DNA from: a virus
Taxonomy: Duplodnaviria; Caudoviricetes
Direction: 5' to 3' (one strand)
DNA length: 64,000 nt
IMG/VR virus record: IMGVR_UViG_3300042970_000025
The stretch's first letter is position 1. Each line of letters opens with the position of its first letter. Below the pieces are notes generated by a model that had not been told where the DNA came from, ran no database searches, and worked only from the letters and a program-made list of their open reading frames with translations. Shown here in pieces: positions 30,355 through 39,067 of this stretch. The translations under genes were made by a program, and so were the position numbers.

Positions 30355-30386
30355 AGCTTCTCCTTTCCTGAGTGTTTGTTTTACCT

Positions 30387-30424
30387 TACATATCCTCCGT
30401 CAAAGGAAAACCCGAAATCCGTAC
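30387..30424 (-). promoter_or_regulatory. GTACGGA/TTTGACGGA motif, copy 2
   Basis: Upstream of the PolA module. Confidence 0.75.
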
Positions 30425-30459
30425 CCGTAAGAAGAAAAAAGTTTGATCAAAAAAGGCAA

Positions 30460-30720
30460 ACCGTGCCTGTTCCGGTGATCCAGTATTCCAGTGAATTCTC
30501 TATATACCGTATATATGTATATATGTGTCTATATAGGTATATATCTATATTTTTATTTTTAATAGAAAATAGTGGAACAGTGGAATAGAGCAGCCGGGAA
30601 GCATTGAAAACACTGAGAGGAAAGTCGATCCAGAAAAGCTGATCCAGTGTTGTAATCACTGGAACTGGAATGCGTGAAGGTAATCCAGTTGGGGGACGGA
30701 GAGCAAGGACGGAACAGGGG
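30460..30720. repeat. Origin-like region: AT/TA tract flanked by inverted TGGAAC/TGGATC iteron-like repeats
   Basis: Core tttttaatagaaWatagtggaacagtgga is shared with the copies near 58550 and 58987. Confidence 0.65.
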
Positions 30721-30826
30721 TGATTTTTGGGTGTTGAATAAATTGACTCGGCAAGGTGTCATCGCTAAAATGAAATCAGGTAAGGATTTACCGCTTTGAA
30801 AAAAGACCTAAAGCAGCGGGAGGCTG

Positions 30827-31042
30827 ATGGCAGTGATTAGAGAAAGCGATGTTTATCCTAAGATTTGTCCGATTTGCGGAAAGAGTGTGATTGAAGAAGA
30901 GGATGATATTTGTCCGGTCTGTTATTGGCAAAGCGACCCGGTGCAGGAGGACGACCCGACCTATGCAGGCGGCGCTAATAATTTAAGCTTGAACCAGTAC
31001 AGAGAAGAGTATCGGAAGAAATCCGTAACCTTTAATAAATGA
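30827..31042 (+). CDS. CPCC-like cysteine-rich protein
   Basis: CPICG...DICPVCYWQSDPVQ..GGANNLSL. Confidence 0.75.
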   Translation: MAVIRESDVYPKICPICGKSVIEEEDDICPVCYWQSDPVQEDDPTYAGGANNLSLNQYREEYRKKSVTFNK

Positions 31043-31076
31043 GGAGTAGCAAGACTCAGAGAGAAAGGAAAAGAAT

Positions 31077-31403
31077 ATGATCAATTTTTCTGATATGGTG
31101 TTGTGTGACATCAGCAGTAAAAAAGTGGATGTTCACATCCGGGTTTCCGGCGATGATGAAGGTCTGCATTTCAGTGGCTATGAGATTGGCCCTGTTGTGG
31201 ACGATTCCTGGGGAGATGACGATTATGAATATTGGTATAATCTGGATGCCGAGAATGCAGAGAAACTGCTGGAACTGATTGAAGGAACGGATGATCCGAA
31301 GGCGGCGCTTGTGCGTGAATTCAGCGGTACGGATGGACTGAGGAAAATGACAGATCTCTGTAATCAGAACAATATCGAGTACAGTTTCCATTCGTATGTC
31401 TGA
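31077..31403 (+). CDS. Acidic hypothetical protein
   Basis: 108-aa ORF, AAAGGA RBS, co-oriented with the CPCC gene. Confidence 0.6.
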   Translation: MINFSDMVLCDISSKKVDVHIRVSGDDEGLHFSGYEIGPVVDDSWGDDDYEYWYNLDAENAEKLLELIEGTDDPKAALVREFSGTDGLRKMTDLCNQNNIEYSFHSYV

Positions 31404-31656
31404 TTGCCTGAGAGAATTTTTTAGAATATGGAGTACTTTCGTTTATCCATTCTCGCGATGAACATGGATAGTTTGCAAAGGCGATAAAGGCGATCTTTAT
31501 CTTTGGTCGTATAATGGCTCAATTAATAAAGCTCATTAAGCACACAGAATCCTACAGGTATCGTTCGTAGAATTTTAGGAGCGCTTAATGAGCAGGTGAT
31601 AAATAATTTATTTTGTAAGTATTATTATAACCATTATATGGTTTTATAGCGAGATA

Positions 31657-32187
31657 TTATTCGGCTTTCTCCGGAGCCATCTGTTTCATGGACTCTTCCA
31701 TTTGCTCAGATAACTGATCCATAGTCTGTTTTTTTAATTCATCCGATATGCCAGGGATCGTATCGAGATATTGTCCAATATAAACTTTGTAAACTCTCAT
31801 ACCCTGATGATTGTAAACTTCATAAAGCTTTTTGAACCATTTATCGTATACTTCGTACTCATCGCCCTTTGAGGCCATGTGAGCCGCGAGTTTTTCTCCT
31901 CCTTCAACCTGTACATCTGCGATTGTCTGAACTTGATCATTCGCTATAGTTGCCAGGTCGTTAATGTCGCTTTTTCCAGCTGCCTTTTTTTGATATTCTT
32001 TTACGGCATTGGTTCCAGCCTTTTTGATTTTTGAACTGTACTCACTATAGATAGTTTGGTACGAAACTTTAGGTTTTTTTGTACTTGAAGAACTGCCACT
32101 ATCAGAACTGTCCGATCCACACGCTGTGAACGCAAAAGCGATCACTGTGATTAGAGCGAATACTGCAATCCTTTTGATTACTTTCAT
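31657..32187 (-). CDS. Lipoprotein
   Basis: Lipobox FTAC followed by a Ser-rich linker. Confidence 0.8.
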   Translation of the reverse strand: MKVIKRIAVFALITVIAFAFTACGSDSSDSGSSSSTKKPKVSYQTIYSEYSSKIKKAGTNAVKEYQKKAAGKSDINDLATIANDQVQTIADVQVEGGEKLAAHMASKGDEYEVYDKWFKKLYEVYNHQGMRVYKVYIGQYLDTIPGISDELKKQTMDQLSEQMEESMKQMAPEKAE

Positions 32188-32308
32188 TTTTCCTTACCTC
32201 ATTCGCATTGCTATTCAGCAGAAATCAACGTAGCTTCGTGATAAATTTGTTTTGAGAATTTTCACATTATCGAATAGTTTATAAATTAATGGTTACATTA
32301 TCTATCCG

Positions 32309-32662
32309 CTATGCTTTCTTGGATTTTATAATCGAAATAATAGCCAGTACTGCACATATCAGGCACCAACCCGCCCATATGCGTAAATCTGAATAATCAC
32401 CAGCCATTGAGAATCCGAGTAAGGCTGCCAATCCAAAGAGAATTATTAAAGCAATGTTTCCGCCTTTTCCAGTCTTGTTTCTAATTGCAATCGAAACAAT
32501 TCCTGCTGCTAGCATAAGTATAGCGACAAATAATCCCGCCGAGCCGCTGGATTGGTTGTTACCATCAAGTGCATTATACATTCCTGCAGCACCTGACTGG
32601 AAAACAACGAAAACCGATAAAACTATAGATAAAATACCCGATACTAATTTCCAAATTTTCAT
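32309..32662 (-). CDS. Four-TM membrane protein
   Basis: Four hydrophobic segments; AAGGAGG RBS. Confidence 0.8.
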   Translation of the reverse strand: MKIWKLVSGILSIVLSVFVVFQSGAAGMYNALDGNNQSSGSAGLFVAILMLAAGIVSIAIRNKTGKGGNIALIILFGLAALLGFSMAGDYSDLRIWAGWCLICAVLAIISIIKSKKA

Positions 32663-33096
32663 TTCTGTTTTCCTCCTTTAAAATAATCGCTTTACATATC
32701 TTGTTCTTTGAACAATTCGCTTTACTTGATTATACAACTGAATGTATTATCGTTCAATCTATTATTTCCCTTGATGGTGTCAAGAAGAGGTAGTGAGATT
32801 ATTTTATGACACCAACTGGGAAATCATTCTAATTGTGGCAGGGCCAATAGTTTGAAACAATTATCGCGGTTTGAGGAAATCTCAGAAAGAAACAGCGGGT
32901 TCCCAAGGCGTCATTCCTTTTTGGGTCTTTTCTTTTTTGTAAACATAGATGAAGCTAAAGTCGACGAACTTGAAGAAGTGTCTGAGAATGGTTACATTGC
33001 AGACATTTATACTGAGGCGGAGTTAGGTTATAGCGATGGGTTGTATCACGGAGGAGGACTAAATTTCTTGCCGCCCTCGGGCGGTATTTTTATGTG

Positions 33097-33139
33097 AAAA
33101 AAGCCCACCAGCGTCCCGATGAGGGGATGCCAGTGGGCG
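33097..33139 (-). terminator. Terminator after the endolysin
   Basis: gcccac..gcgtccc / gggatgc..gtgggc hairpin; plus-strand aaaaaa gives the T-tract. Confidence 0.7.
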
Positions 33140-33143
33140 CACT

Positions 33144-33842
33144 TTATTTCAGCAGCTGATTGACTTTTTCCTGCACGGCGGCGTAGTCGTATCCGGCGGC
33201 GGTGAGTTTCTGTTTTCGCTCGGTTCCGTTACCCCATTTTCCGGCGATGACTTCCTTGGCAATTTCCGTAGTAGATTTCTTGCTGCTGCTAGAAGTTTTG
33301 GAAGAGGAACTGCCTGAAGAAGAGCTTCCCGTCAGTTTCTTGTGAAGAACGGCCCAAGCTTTAGCAGAAATATATCCGTTTGGACAGATCTTTCCATTGA
33401 CGTCAAAATGCCGGATCACATGAGAGGCTGGGATACCGTACTTTTTCATCAGTGATTTGACCAGAGGAGCGGCGGTTTCAATAGCAGTCGGCGTCGGTAC
33501 CACCATTCCATTTTTCTTGTAGCAGCAGAGCTCGATTCCAATCGAGTTATAATTTGTGCAGACGTGAAAGTAGGTCGCTCCCCGGTTTCCCTGGTTCATG
33601 GCTCTTCCGGTATCAAGAAGGCCTCCTCCACAGTGCCAGGCGGCTTTGCTCTCCGGGATGCACTGCCAGATTTCGCTGTCTACAAAGTAGTGTGCGGAGG
33701 CCCTCCGGTTCCCGCCACAGAAGTAGATGCAGTTGTTCTTCGCGGAGCTGATCGCTCCGACGTAGTGGATTACGATAAATTTGACCTTCTGGCCATAGCG
33801 GCTCTCCTGGTTGTACTTACTGATCATTTTATTAATCTTCAT
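33144..33842 (-). CDS. Endolysin: N-acetylmuramoyl-L-alanine amidase + CW_7 repeat
   Basis: IVIHY, SAHYFVD, AWHCG, SIGIELC, RHFDVNGKICP; EVIAGKWGNGTERK. Confidence 0.92.
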   Translation of the reverse strand: MKINKMISKYNQESRYGQKVKFIVIHYVGAISSAKNNCIYFCGGNRRASAHYFVDSEIWQCIPESKAAWHCGGGLLDTGRAMNQGNRGATYFHVCTNYNSIGIELCCYKKNGMVVPTPTAIETAAPLVKSLMKKYGIPASHVIRHFDVNGKICPNGYISAKAWAVLHKKLTGSSSSGSSSSKTSSSSKKSTTEIAKEVIAGKWGNGTERKQKLTAAGYDYAAVQEKVNQLLK

Positions 33843-34257
33843 TCTTCACCCCATCTCTTTCTGCTTCATTGTGAAGCTGTTCTAACACGGCTTTGAGTTT
33901 ACTTGGAATCGGAAGACCTAAGCGGCCTGCGTTTTCCAGAAGGCTGATTCCTTCGTTACTGAGATAAAAGAAAATGACCGCAGTCCGAACGACTCCGGCC
34001 TTTCCAAGTACGTGAAGGTCTACGATGTTGGCAACCCCAACAAGCAGGAAGATCAAGGCCTTCTTTGCGATTCCTTTGAAGCCCACGTTGCTGGATAATT
34101 TCTTATCTGCAATCGCGCTCATGACTCCTGTAATGTAATCACAAACGACGAAGACGATAAGAGCGTATAGCGGCCCATCGCAGCCTCCAAGGTAGTAGCC
34201 GATCCATCCGCCTAGGACGGCGAAGATCGTTTTTATTACTGCCCAGAATTCTTTCAT
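33832..34257 (-). CDS. Holin
   Basis: DYITGV..LSSNVGFKGIAKK..NEGISLLENA; start MKEFW. Confidence 0.9.
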   Translation of the reverse strand: MKEFWAVIKTIFAVLGGWIGYYLGGCDGPLYALIVFVVCDYITGVMSAIADKKLSSNVGFKGIAKKALIFLLVGVANIVDLHVLGKAGVVRTAVIFFYLSNEGISLLENAGRLGLPIPSKLKAVLEQLHNEAERDGVKNED

Positions 34258-34271
34258 GGCTTTCTCCTTTC

Positions 34272-36506
34272 TCATGCGGTGCGTTTCCACATGTAAACAG
34301 ATAGATAGGGCGGCATGTTTTTTCCGGATCCGTCCTCTCCGGTTTCGATATTGACGGCGGTTGTCTCCAGGTTTTCTGCGGTTTCACTAGAGGTGTATGT
34401 TGCGCCTTTCCAGTCGGTTGAAGAGCTGTTGATGACCGGCGCCTTGTAATTTCCGCTGGCAGAGGCCACGGACCTTTCGCTGACACCTGTCTGTACGTCG
34501 CTATAGTTATAGTAGAGATACCGCGAACCATCCAGACTTGGCCCATGCTTATGGGGACTCTGCTCGTGGGTGTGGCTCTGCTGCAGGTGGTTATGTTTGA
34601 CCACAACTGCATCTTCCGATCCTCCGGTGCTTCCCGCGGCGTACGCGTCGCCAGCTCCAAGAAGGAAGGTGTCTTTGATCCTTTCCCAGGTCCCTCCAAA
34701 CAGATCAGAAGGGGATGCAGGGTTTACCGATAGGTAAATCGATCCCACCGGGTAAATGAGATCAAGAAGCTCCTTCCCTTTATAATTGAGCCCGCCGTTG
34801 AACTTAGCATCGTACTGACATTCAAAGCCGGATCCTTCTGAGATCTTCCCAATCGCAAGGCCTTTTCCTTCCGCGTGAAAATCCATAATGACTTCGGCGG
34901 TCTGAACAATAGTAGTCGCGCTGCCAGATCCAAAGTCATCCGTGACGGTCAGAGAAAGCTGATAGCGGCTGGTTGGAAGAAATTGTACATAGCCATCCGC
35001 GTCTTTAAGATCAAGCTGGCCAGACGCCTGGTAGCCCGTCATGGTCAGATTAATTGTGCCAGTGGACTTGTCGGTGAGATTCATCCAGGTCAGAACGGCA
35101 GATTTTGAATTCTTGCTGTTTAATGAACTTACGGAGATCCCGTAGCTTACGCGTAGGCAGCTCCCAGACTCGTCAGCCGTAAGGTTACCGTCGCTATCTT
35201 CGCTCATGCGGGCAGCCTTTAGCGTTGTGACAGATGGAGAAGCGTAGGGAAGGACTGTGATTTCTTTTTCTGCAGTAACAGAACTTCTGGATCTACCGTC
35301 CATGACAAAGGCGGAAAGCAAGGTAGAACCTTCTTTGATTTCTGCATCCGCTGTAATTACTGGCAGGGAAGAAGACAGGTAGCTTCCTTCCGTAAAGCCA
35401 GCAAAATAGGTCTTAATGGGAGAGCTGTAGCTTTCCGTTCCCGTGATTTTTATCTTTGGAATGGATTTTCCAGAGACAAAGCCTCCATAATGCTGGAGGA
35501 GGGTTTCTGTTTGATACGCATCATAAAAAACCGTATCGGTGACCTCGGTGATCTCTGCTGTTGGGATGACGGATGATGGCACGATCAGAGTCAATCCCTC
35601 CTGATCTGTAGCAAGCACACTGCCTTCGTAGCAGGTTTCCAGAAAGACCGTGCAGGAAGAAGACGTGGAGATTGTGATCTGATTCAGAAGATCAAGTGGC
35701 GGGGTAAAGCTGGTCGTTCCCACGGCAGAAGAATCCGCAATTCCGTCTGTCCCCGTCACGCTGTTTACCTGGTAATAGAGATGATGTGTGTAGCCAGAGT
35801 AGTTCCCCTGAGTCGTTATTTCTACTGAATTTGCCCCGTCAACGATGCAGGAAGATGCGGAGAGAAAAAGAACGCTTGTTTCTGGCCGCTTTAATGTCAA
35901 ACTGCAGCTGTTGCTTCCAAGAGAAGTAGAACCGTTATAGGTAGTGCAGGTAATCGTGCAGGTCCCGGATACTCCTTCCGTGCACCAGGAAAGAGGCGGC
36001 GTCCAGTTGACGGAGGCGGCTGTCGTTTTGGTCGCGATCGCATCGGATTTTCCATTCCAGGAAGCGGTCAATGTATGGGTAAAGGAAGACGATTTCCGGT
36101 TCGTGTTGATGGTCAGAGCCGTTCCGAGAGTCCCTGAAGCAGGGCATGATGGTGCTGATTTTCTTGCGATCGTGGTCAGCGTTTTCGTTAATGAATCTTT
36201 TACGGTTCCTGAGCTCGTGCTGGTTGCGTATGATGCAGAGACGGTTAGTTTCTTTGATCCGTCAGAGTTATGCTCGATATCCAGCGTTTTGCTGTAAATG
36301 GTATTGCTTCCGCTGGTCGTGTTGTTTGGGTTCAGGCTGACCGATTTGGTGTATTTGTCTCCATCGATGACGACGGTGAGTTTCGGCGGGTTATGATCAA
36401 AAGTTCCGGAGGTCCATTTTGCCGTGACTTTGACGGTGACATTTGAAGTGTTCGAAGAGACCGATGTGCTGTTTTCGGTAATTCCAATGGTAATCGATGC
36501 TGGCAT
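34272..36506 (-). CDS. Minor tail/baseplate protein (DUF859-like, C-terminal baseplate-type domain)
   Basis: Ser/Thr-rich beta repeats; IYPVGSIYLS..FGGTWERI; NMPPYLSVYMWKRTA. Confidence 0.8.
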   Translation of the reverse strand: MPASITIGITENSTSVSSNTSNVTVKVTAKWTSGTFDHNPPKLTVVIDGDKYTKSVSLNPNNTTSGSNTIYSKTLDIEHNSDGSKKLTVSASYATSTSSGTVKDSLTKTLTTIARKSAPSCPASGTLGTALTINTNRKSSSFTHTLTASWNGKSDAIATKTTAASVNWTPPLSWCTEGVSGTCTITCTTYNGSTSLGSNSCSLTLKRPETSVLFLSASSCIVDGANSVEITTQGNYSGYTHHLYYQVNSVTGTDGIADSSAVGTTSFTPPLDLLNQITISTSSSCTVFLETCYEGSVLATDQEGLTLIVPSSVIPTAEITEVTDTVFYDAYQTETLLQHYGGFVSGKSIPKIKITGTESYSSPIKTYFAGFTEGSYLSSSLPVITADAEIKEGSTLLSAFVMDGRSRSSVTAEKEITVLPYASPSVTTLKAARMSEDSDGNLTADESGSCLRVSYGISVSSLNSKNSKSAVLTWMNLTDKSTGTINLTMTGYQASGQLDLKDADGYVQFLPTSRYQLSLTVTDDFGSGSATTIVQTAEVIMDFHAEGKGLAIGKISEGSGFECQYDAKFNGGLNYKGKELLDLIYPVGSIYLSVNPASPSDLFGGTWERIKDTFLLGAGDAYAAGSTGGSEDAVVVKHNHLQQSHTHEQSPHKHGPSLDGSRYLYYNYSDVQTGVSERSVASASGNYKAPVINSSSTDWKGATYTSSETAENLETTAVNIETGEDGSGKNMPPYLSVYMWKRTA

Positions 36507-36509
36507 AAG

Positions 36510-38171
36510 TTATCCCTCCTGATCTTCCAGAAGTTTAAAAGACAGATTTCCGTTTGGCTGAGGGACAAAAGCAAAGTCATCTTTATTGTCACCCGCGCTT
36601 CCAAAGCGGATAGACTCAAGGATCCTTGCCTTTGTGATCTTCATGGTGTCCGTATTAAAAAAGGCGGAGATCGCTCCGCCTGCGTAAAGGCTCATTCCTT
36701 GTTTAGATATCGTCACTTTGTAGGGCGATCCTTCTTCACCGATCTCAATGACTAGTTCTCCGTCTACTTCTGCAGATCGGATGTACTTAAGTGGCTGATT
36801 GATGAGGCTAAGTGCCTCTTGAGAGAAGCTCGAAATGAGAAGAGCGCCTGCCGCGATCTTTTCTGAAGTAATGGTGCCTTTACCGATTTTGCTTCCGTCG
36901 ATAGTTCCAGATCCATCATCAAGGGACCATTCCTTTAAAATTTCTTTTGCCTCATCCACGGAAGACTTCATAGAAGAAAGCTTTTCCTGACCATCGATTG
37001 CCTGCTTGGCCTGGTCTGCTGCATCCTGGACTTTACTGTCCAGTTCATCCAGCCTTCCAGGGATGCGCTCTGTTCTTGCGACTTTTTCTGTGTGAGAGGT
37101 CCGGTCAGAATCGGTGTAGGTGATTTCATCGTAGATCACTTCTCCAGCTTCATCGGTCACGGTTTTTGTCTCTCCAACGAGGCCTGTGATGGTCTCTGTG
37201 ATCCCACCGTCCCCATAGACGTCTTCCTGAAGGCCAGTGACAGAACTATCCAGGCTGTCTGCCGTCTGCTGGGCCGCATCTGCTGCCTGTTTTGCGGCGT
37301 CTGCTTTTGCGTTGATTTCAGACAGCGATTCTCTCCAAGGAGTCGCCAGGGCACCTTCCTCTACTTTGAGGTTCGCAATGTCTAGTGTCGAGCCAGACGG
37401 CATAGCTGAAAGGTCAAAGGATAGATTCTGGGAAGATGCGGCTACTCCAAGAGACAATGCCGTGGAGGAGTAGTGGATCCATACGCCAGAATTATCGGTG
37501 TCTTCACCCGCAGCAGTATTGTCAATGTCTGAGAAGGCGATCTGGATATTGCTTCCATCGCTGTCCTGCATACGGACTGGAATCGTAAATAGCTCAGACA
37601 TTCTGATATCCGCTGATAGGGTGTAGCTGTTTCCTTCCGGCTGACTGGACAGCACATTTCTAAGGTCCGCTGCGAAAAAAGAAAGACTGTTTTCTCCAGC
37701 GGTTGTGCAGGTTACCGTGAGGTAATTGACGGTATCTAAATCAGTGTAGATGCCTTCCTCATTTTCTGAAAGCGTAAGGTTACTGGACGCGGACCAGCCG
37801 GTTACTCCCTGATTCGTAGAAACGAGTAGGTTGACATTTCCAATCTCTGTGTCGGTGTTCCCCTGGGTTAAGGTGATGTCCATGGAGTTGATTTCCGCAT
37901 CTGCGGAAAGGTCATCTGCTGCATCTTCCAGTTCTTCTAGCCGATCTTCGAGATCTTCAAAAGTGCCTGGATCATTCTCTTCAGCAGGCTCAATTTCTTG
38001 CCAGCTGTATTTTGCCGGGTCCGTTGATTCTTCACTGGACTGGTCGGTATAGCGCCCGATAAAAAGGGCATCATTTGATTCCTTGAGGCTTAAGTTCGTC
38101 CCGGCTTCATCATCTGCCCAGGCGGCATGAAGGAAGAAATATTGCTCATTAAATTTTGTCTTTACTACCAT
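36510..38171 (-). CDS. Tail-associated protein
   Basis: Tail module position; FIGRYTD..STDPAKYSW; acidic coiled segments. Confidence 0.65.
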   Translation of the reverse strand: MVVKTKFNEQYFFLHAAWADDEAGTNLSLKESNDALFIGRYTDQSSEESTDPAKYSWQEIEPAEENDPGTFEDLEDRLEELEDAADDLSADAEINSMDITLTQGNTDTEIGNVNLLVSTNQGVTGWSASSNLTLSENEEGIYTDLDTVNYLTVTCTTAGENSLSFFAADLRNVLSSQPEGNSYTLSADIRMSELFTIPVRMQDSDGSNIQIAFSDIDNTAAGEDTDNSGVWIHYSSTALSLGVAASSQNLSFDLSAMPSGSTLDIANLKVEEGALATPWRESLSEINAKADAAKQAADAAQQTADSLDSSVTGLQEDVYGDGGITETITGLVGETKTVTDEAGEVIYDEITYTDSDRTSHTEKVARTERIPGRLDELDSKVQDAADQAKQAIDGQEKLSSMKSSVDEAKEILKEWSLDDGSGTIDGSKIGKGTITSEKIAAGALLISSFSQEALSLINQPLKYIRSAEVDGELVIEIGEEGSPYKVTISKQGMSLYAGGAISAFFNTDTMKITKARILESIRFGSAGDNKDDFAFVPQPNGNLSFKLLEDQEG

Positions 38172-38180
38172 AGCGGCCTC

Positions 38181-38672
38181 CTACAAAGTAGCGATCCAAT
38201 AAAACGAGGTGTCGGTGTCGCTGGAGCGGTAAAGGCAGAGGTCAAAACCCTTGGTCGTGACGCTCTTAACGCTGAAGGACACCAGATTAGGCGCCGCGGT
38301 GATCGGGGTGATGGCGACCGATGGGACAGAAGAAAAGGCCTTCGGAAAGTTCACGTGCTTGGTCACCACCTTGTTTTTCTTTGCGTCAACACGGGCGGAT
38401 CCTCGCTGGAGGTTCCTTACCTTGACGTTCTGGCTGGAGTCGATCGTAAAGGGAGAAAGCGCTGTAGTTACTGCATCACTTACGTTTTCATTTACTTCCG
38501 TAATAACGCTCTGAAGCTCGCTGTTCAGGTTCGCCGCATTCAGCTGCGTTCCTTCTGTTGTGATGGTGCCTTCTGCACGCGTCAAATCAAAGGTGCCAAG
38601 GACCTCTCCGGTATCGGAATTGGTCAGGGTATAGCGCCCCGGATGCTCGACGACGCGGTCAATAAATGCCAT
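38181..38672 (-). CDS. Tail protein with H-type-lectin-like C-terminus
   Basis: GTQLNAANLN; VNFPKAFSSVPSV..VTTKGF..WIA. Confidence 0.6.
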   Translation of the reverse strand: MAFIDRVVEHPGRYTLTNSDTGEVLGTFDLTRAEGTITTEGTQLNAANLNSELQSVITEVNENVSDAVTTALSPFTIDSSQNVKVRNLQRGSARVDAKKNKVVTKHVNFPKAFSSVPSVAITPITAAPNLVSFSVKSVTTKGFDLCLYRSSDTDTSFYWIATL

Positions 38673-38684
38673 AATATAGCCTCC

Positions 38685-39056
38685 TTAATATCCACTTGAA
38701 TACGTCTCTGCTGCGTAAATTGAATCTCCACTGTAGGACGATGCCTTCGTCTGATCAAGCAGAATCTGGATTTGTTCTTTATACAGTAGCGTCAATTCTT
38801 CCACCTGGTTAAAGGTTTCTGCGGCCATTTCGCTCCCCGGAAGCGGGGCATTGAGTCCGGTAACAGCGCTAAGCTGATTTAACGTAGTTAGAATCTGATT
38901 CCATTCAGTTACAGTCACAAAGTCATTTAAGCTGAAGTTCTCTTTCAGGTTTCCAGTTGGAAGAAGGACGTTTAGATTTCCGCAGATGCGGTTCATGTCC
39001 TCTGTAGTGACGCGATCTGAAGCAGTCCAGTCGGTTTTGGGTTCTTTCCATGTCAT
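38685..39056 (-). CDS. Phage tail protein
   Basis: WKEPKTDW..DMNRI..N motif; module position. Confidence 0.65.
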   Translation of the reverse strand: MTWKEPKTDWTASDRVTTEDMNRICGNLNVLLPTGNLKENFSLNDFVTVTEWNQILTTLNQLSAVTGLNAPLPGSEMAAETFNQVEELTLLYKEQIQILLDQTKASSYSGDSIYAAETYSSGY

Positions 39057-39067
39057 ATTCCACCTCG

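Noticed and set aside
30460-30600. TA-rich tracts and ORFs 30376-30588, 30447-30659, 58321-58584 as genes or CRISPR repeats
   Set aside because: Low-complexity Y/I translations, no RBS, no repeat-spacer periodicity
32852-33097. 81-aa plus-strand ORF
   Set aside because: TTG start without a clear RBS and no recognisable domain; at most a gene fragment
34272-38672. Diversity-generating retroelement or invertible tail-fibre cassette
   Set aside because: No reverse transcriptase, TR/VR pair or invertase with inverted repeats was seen
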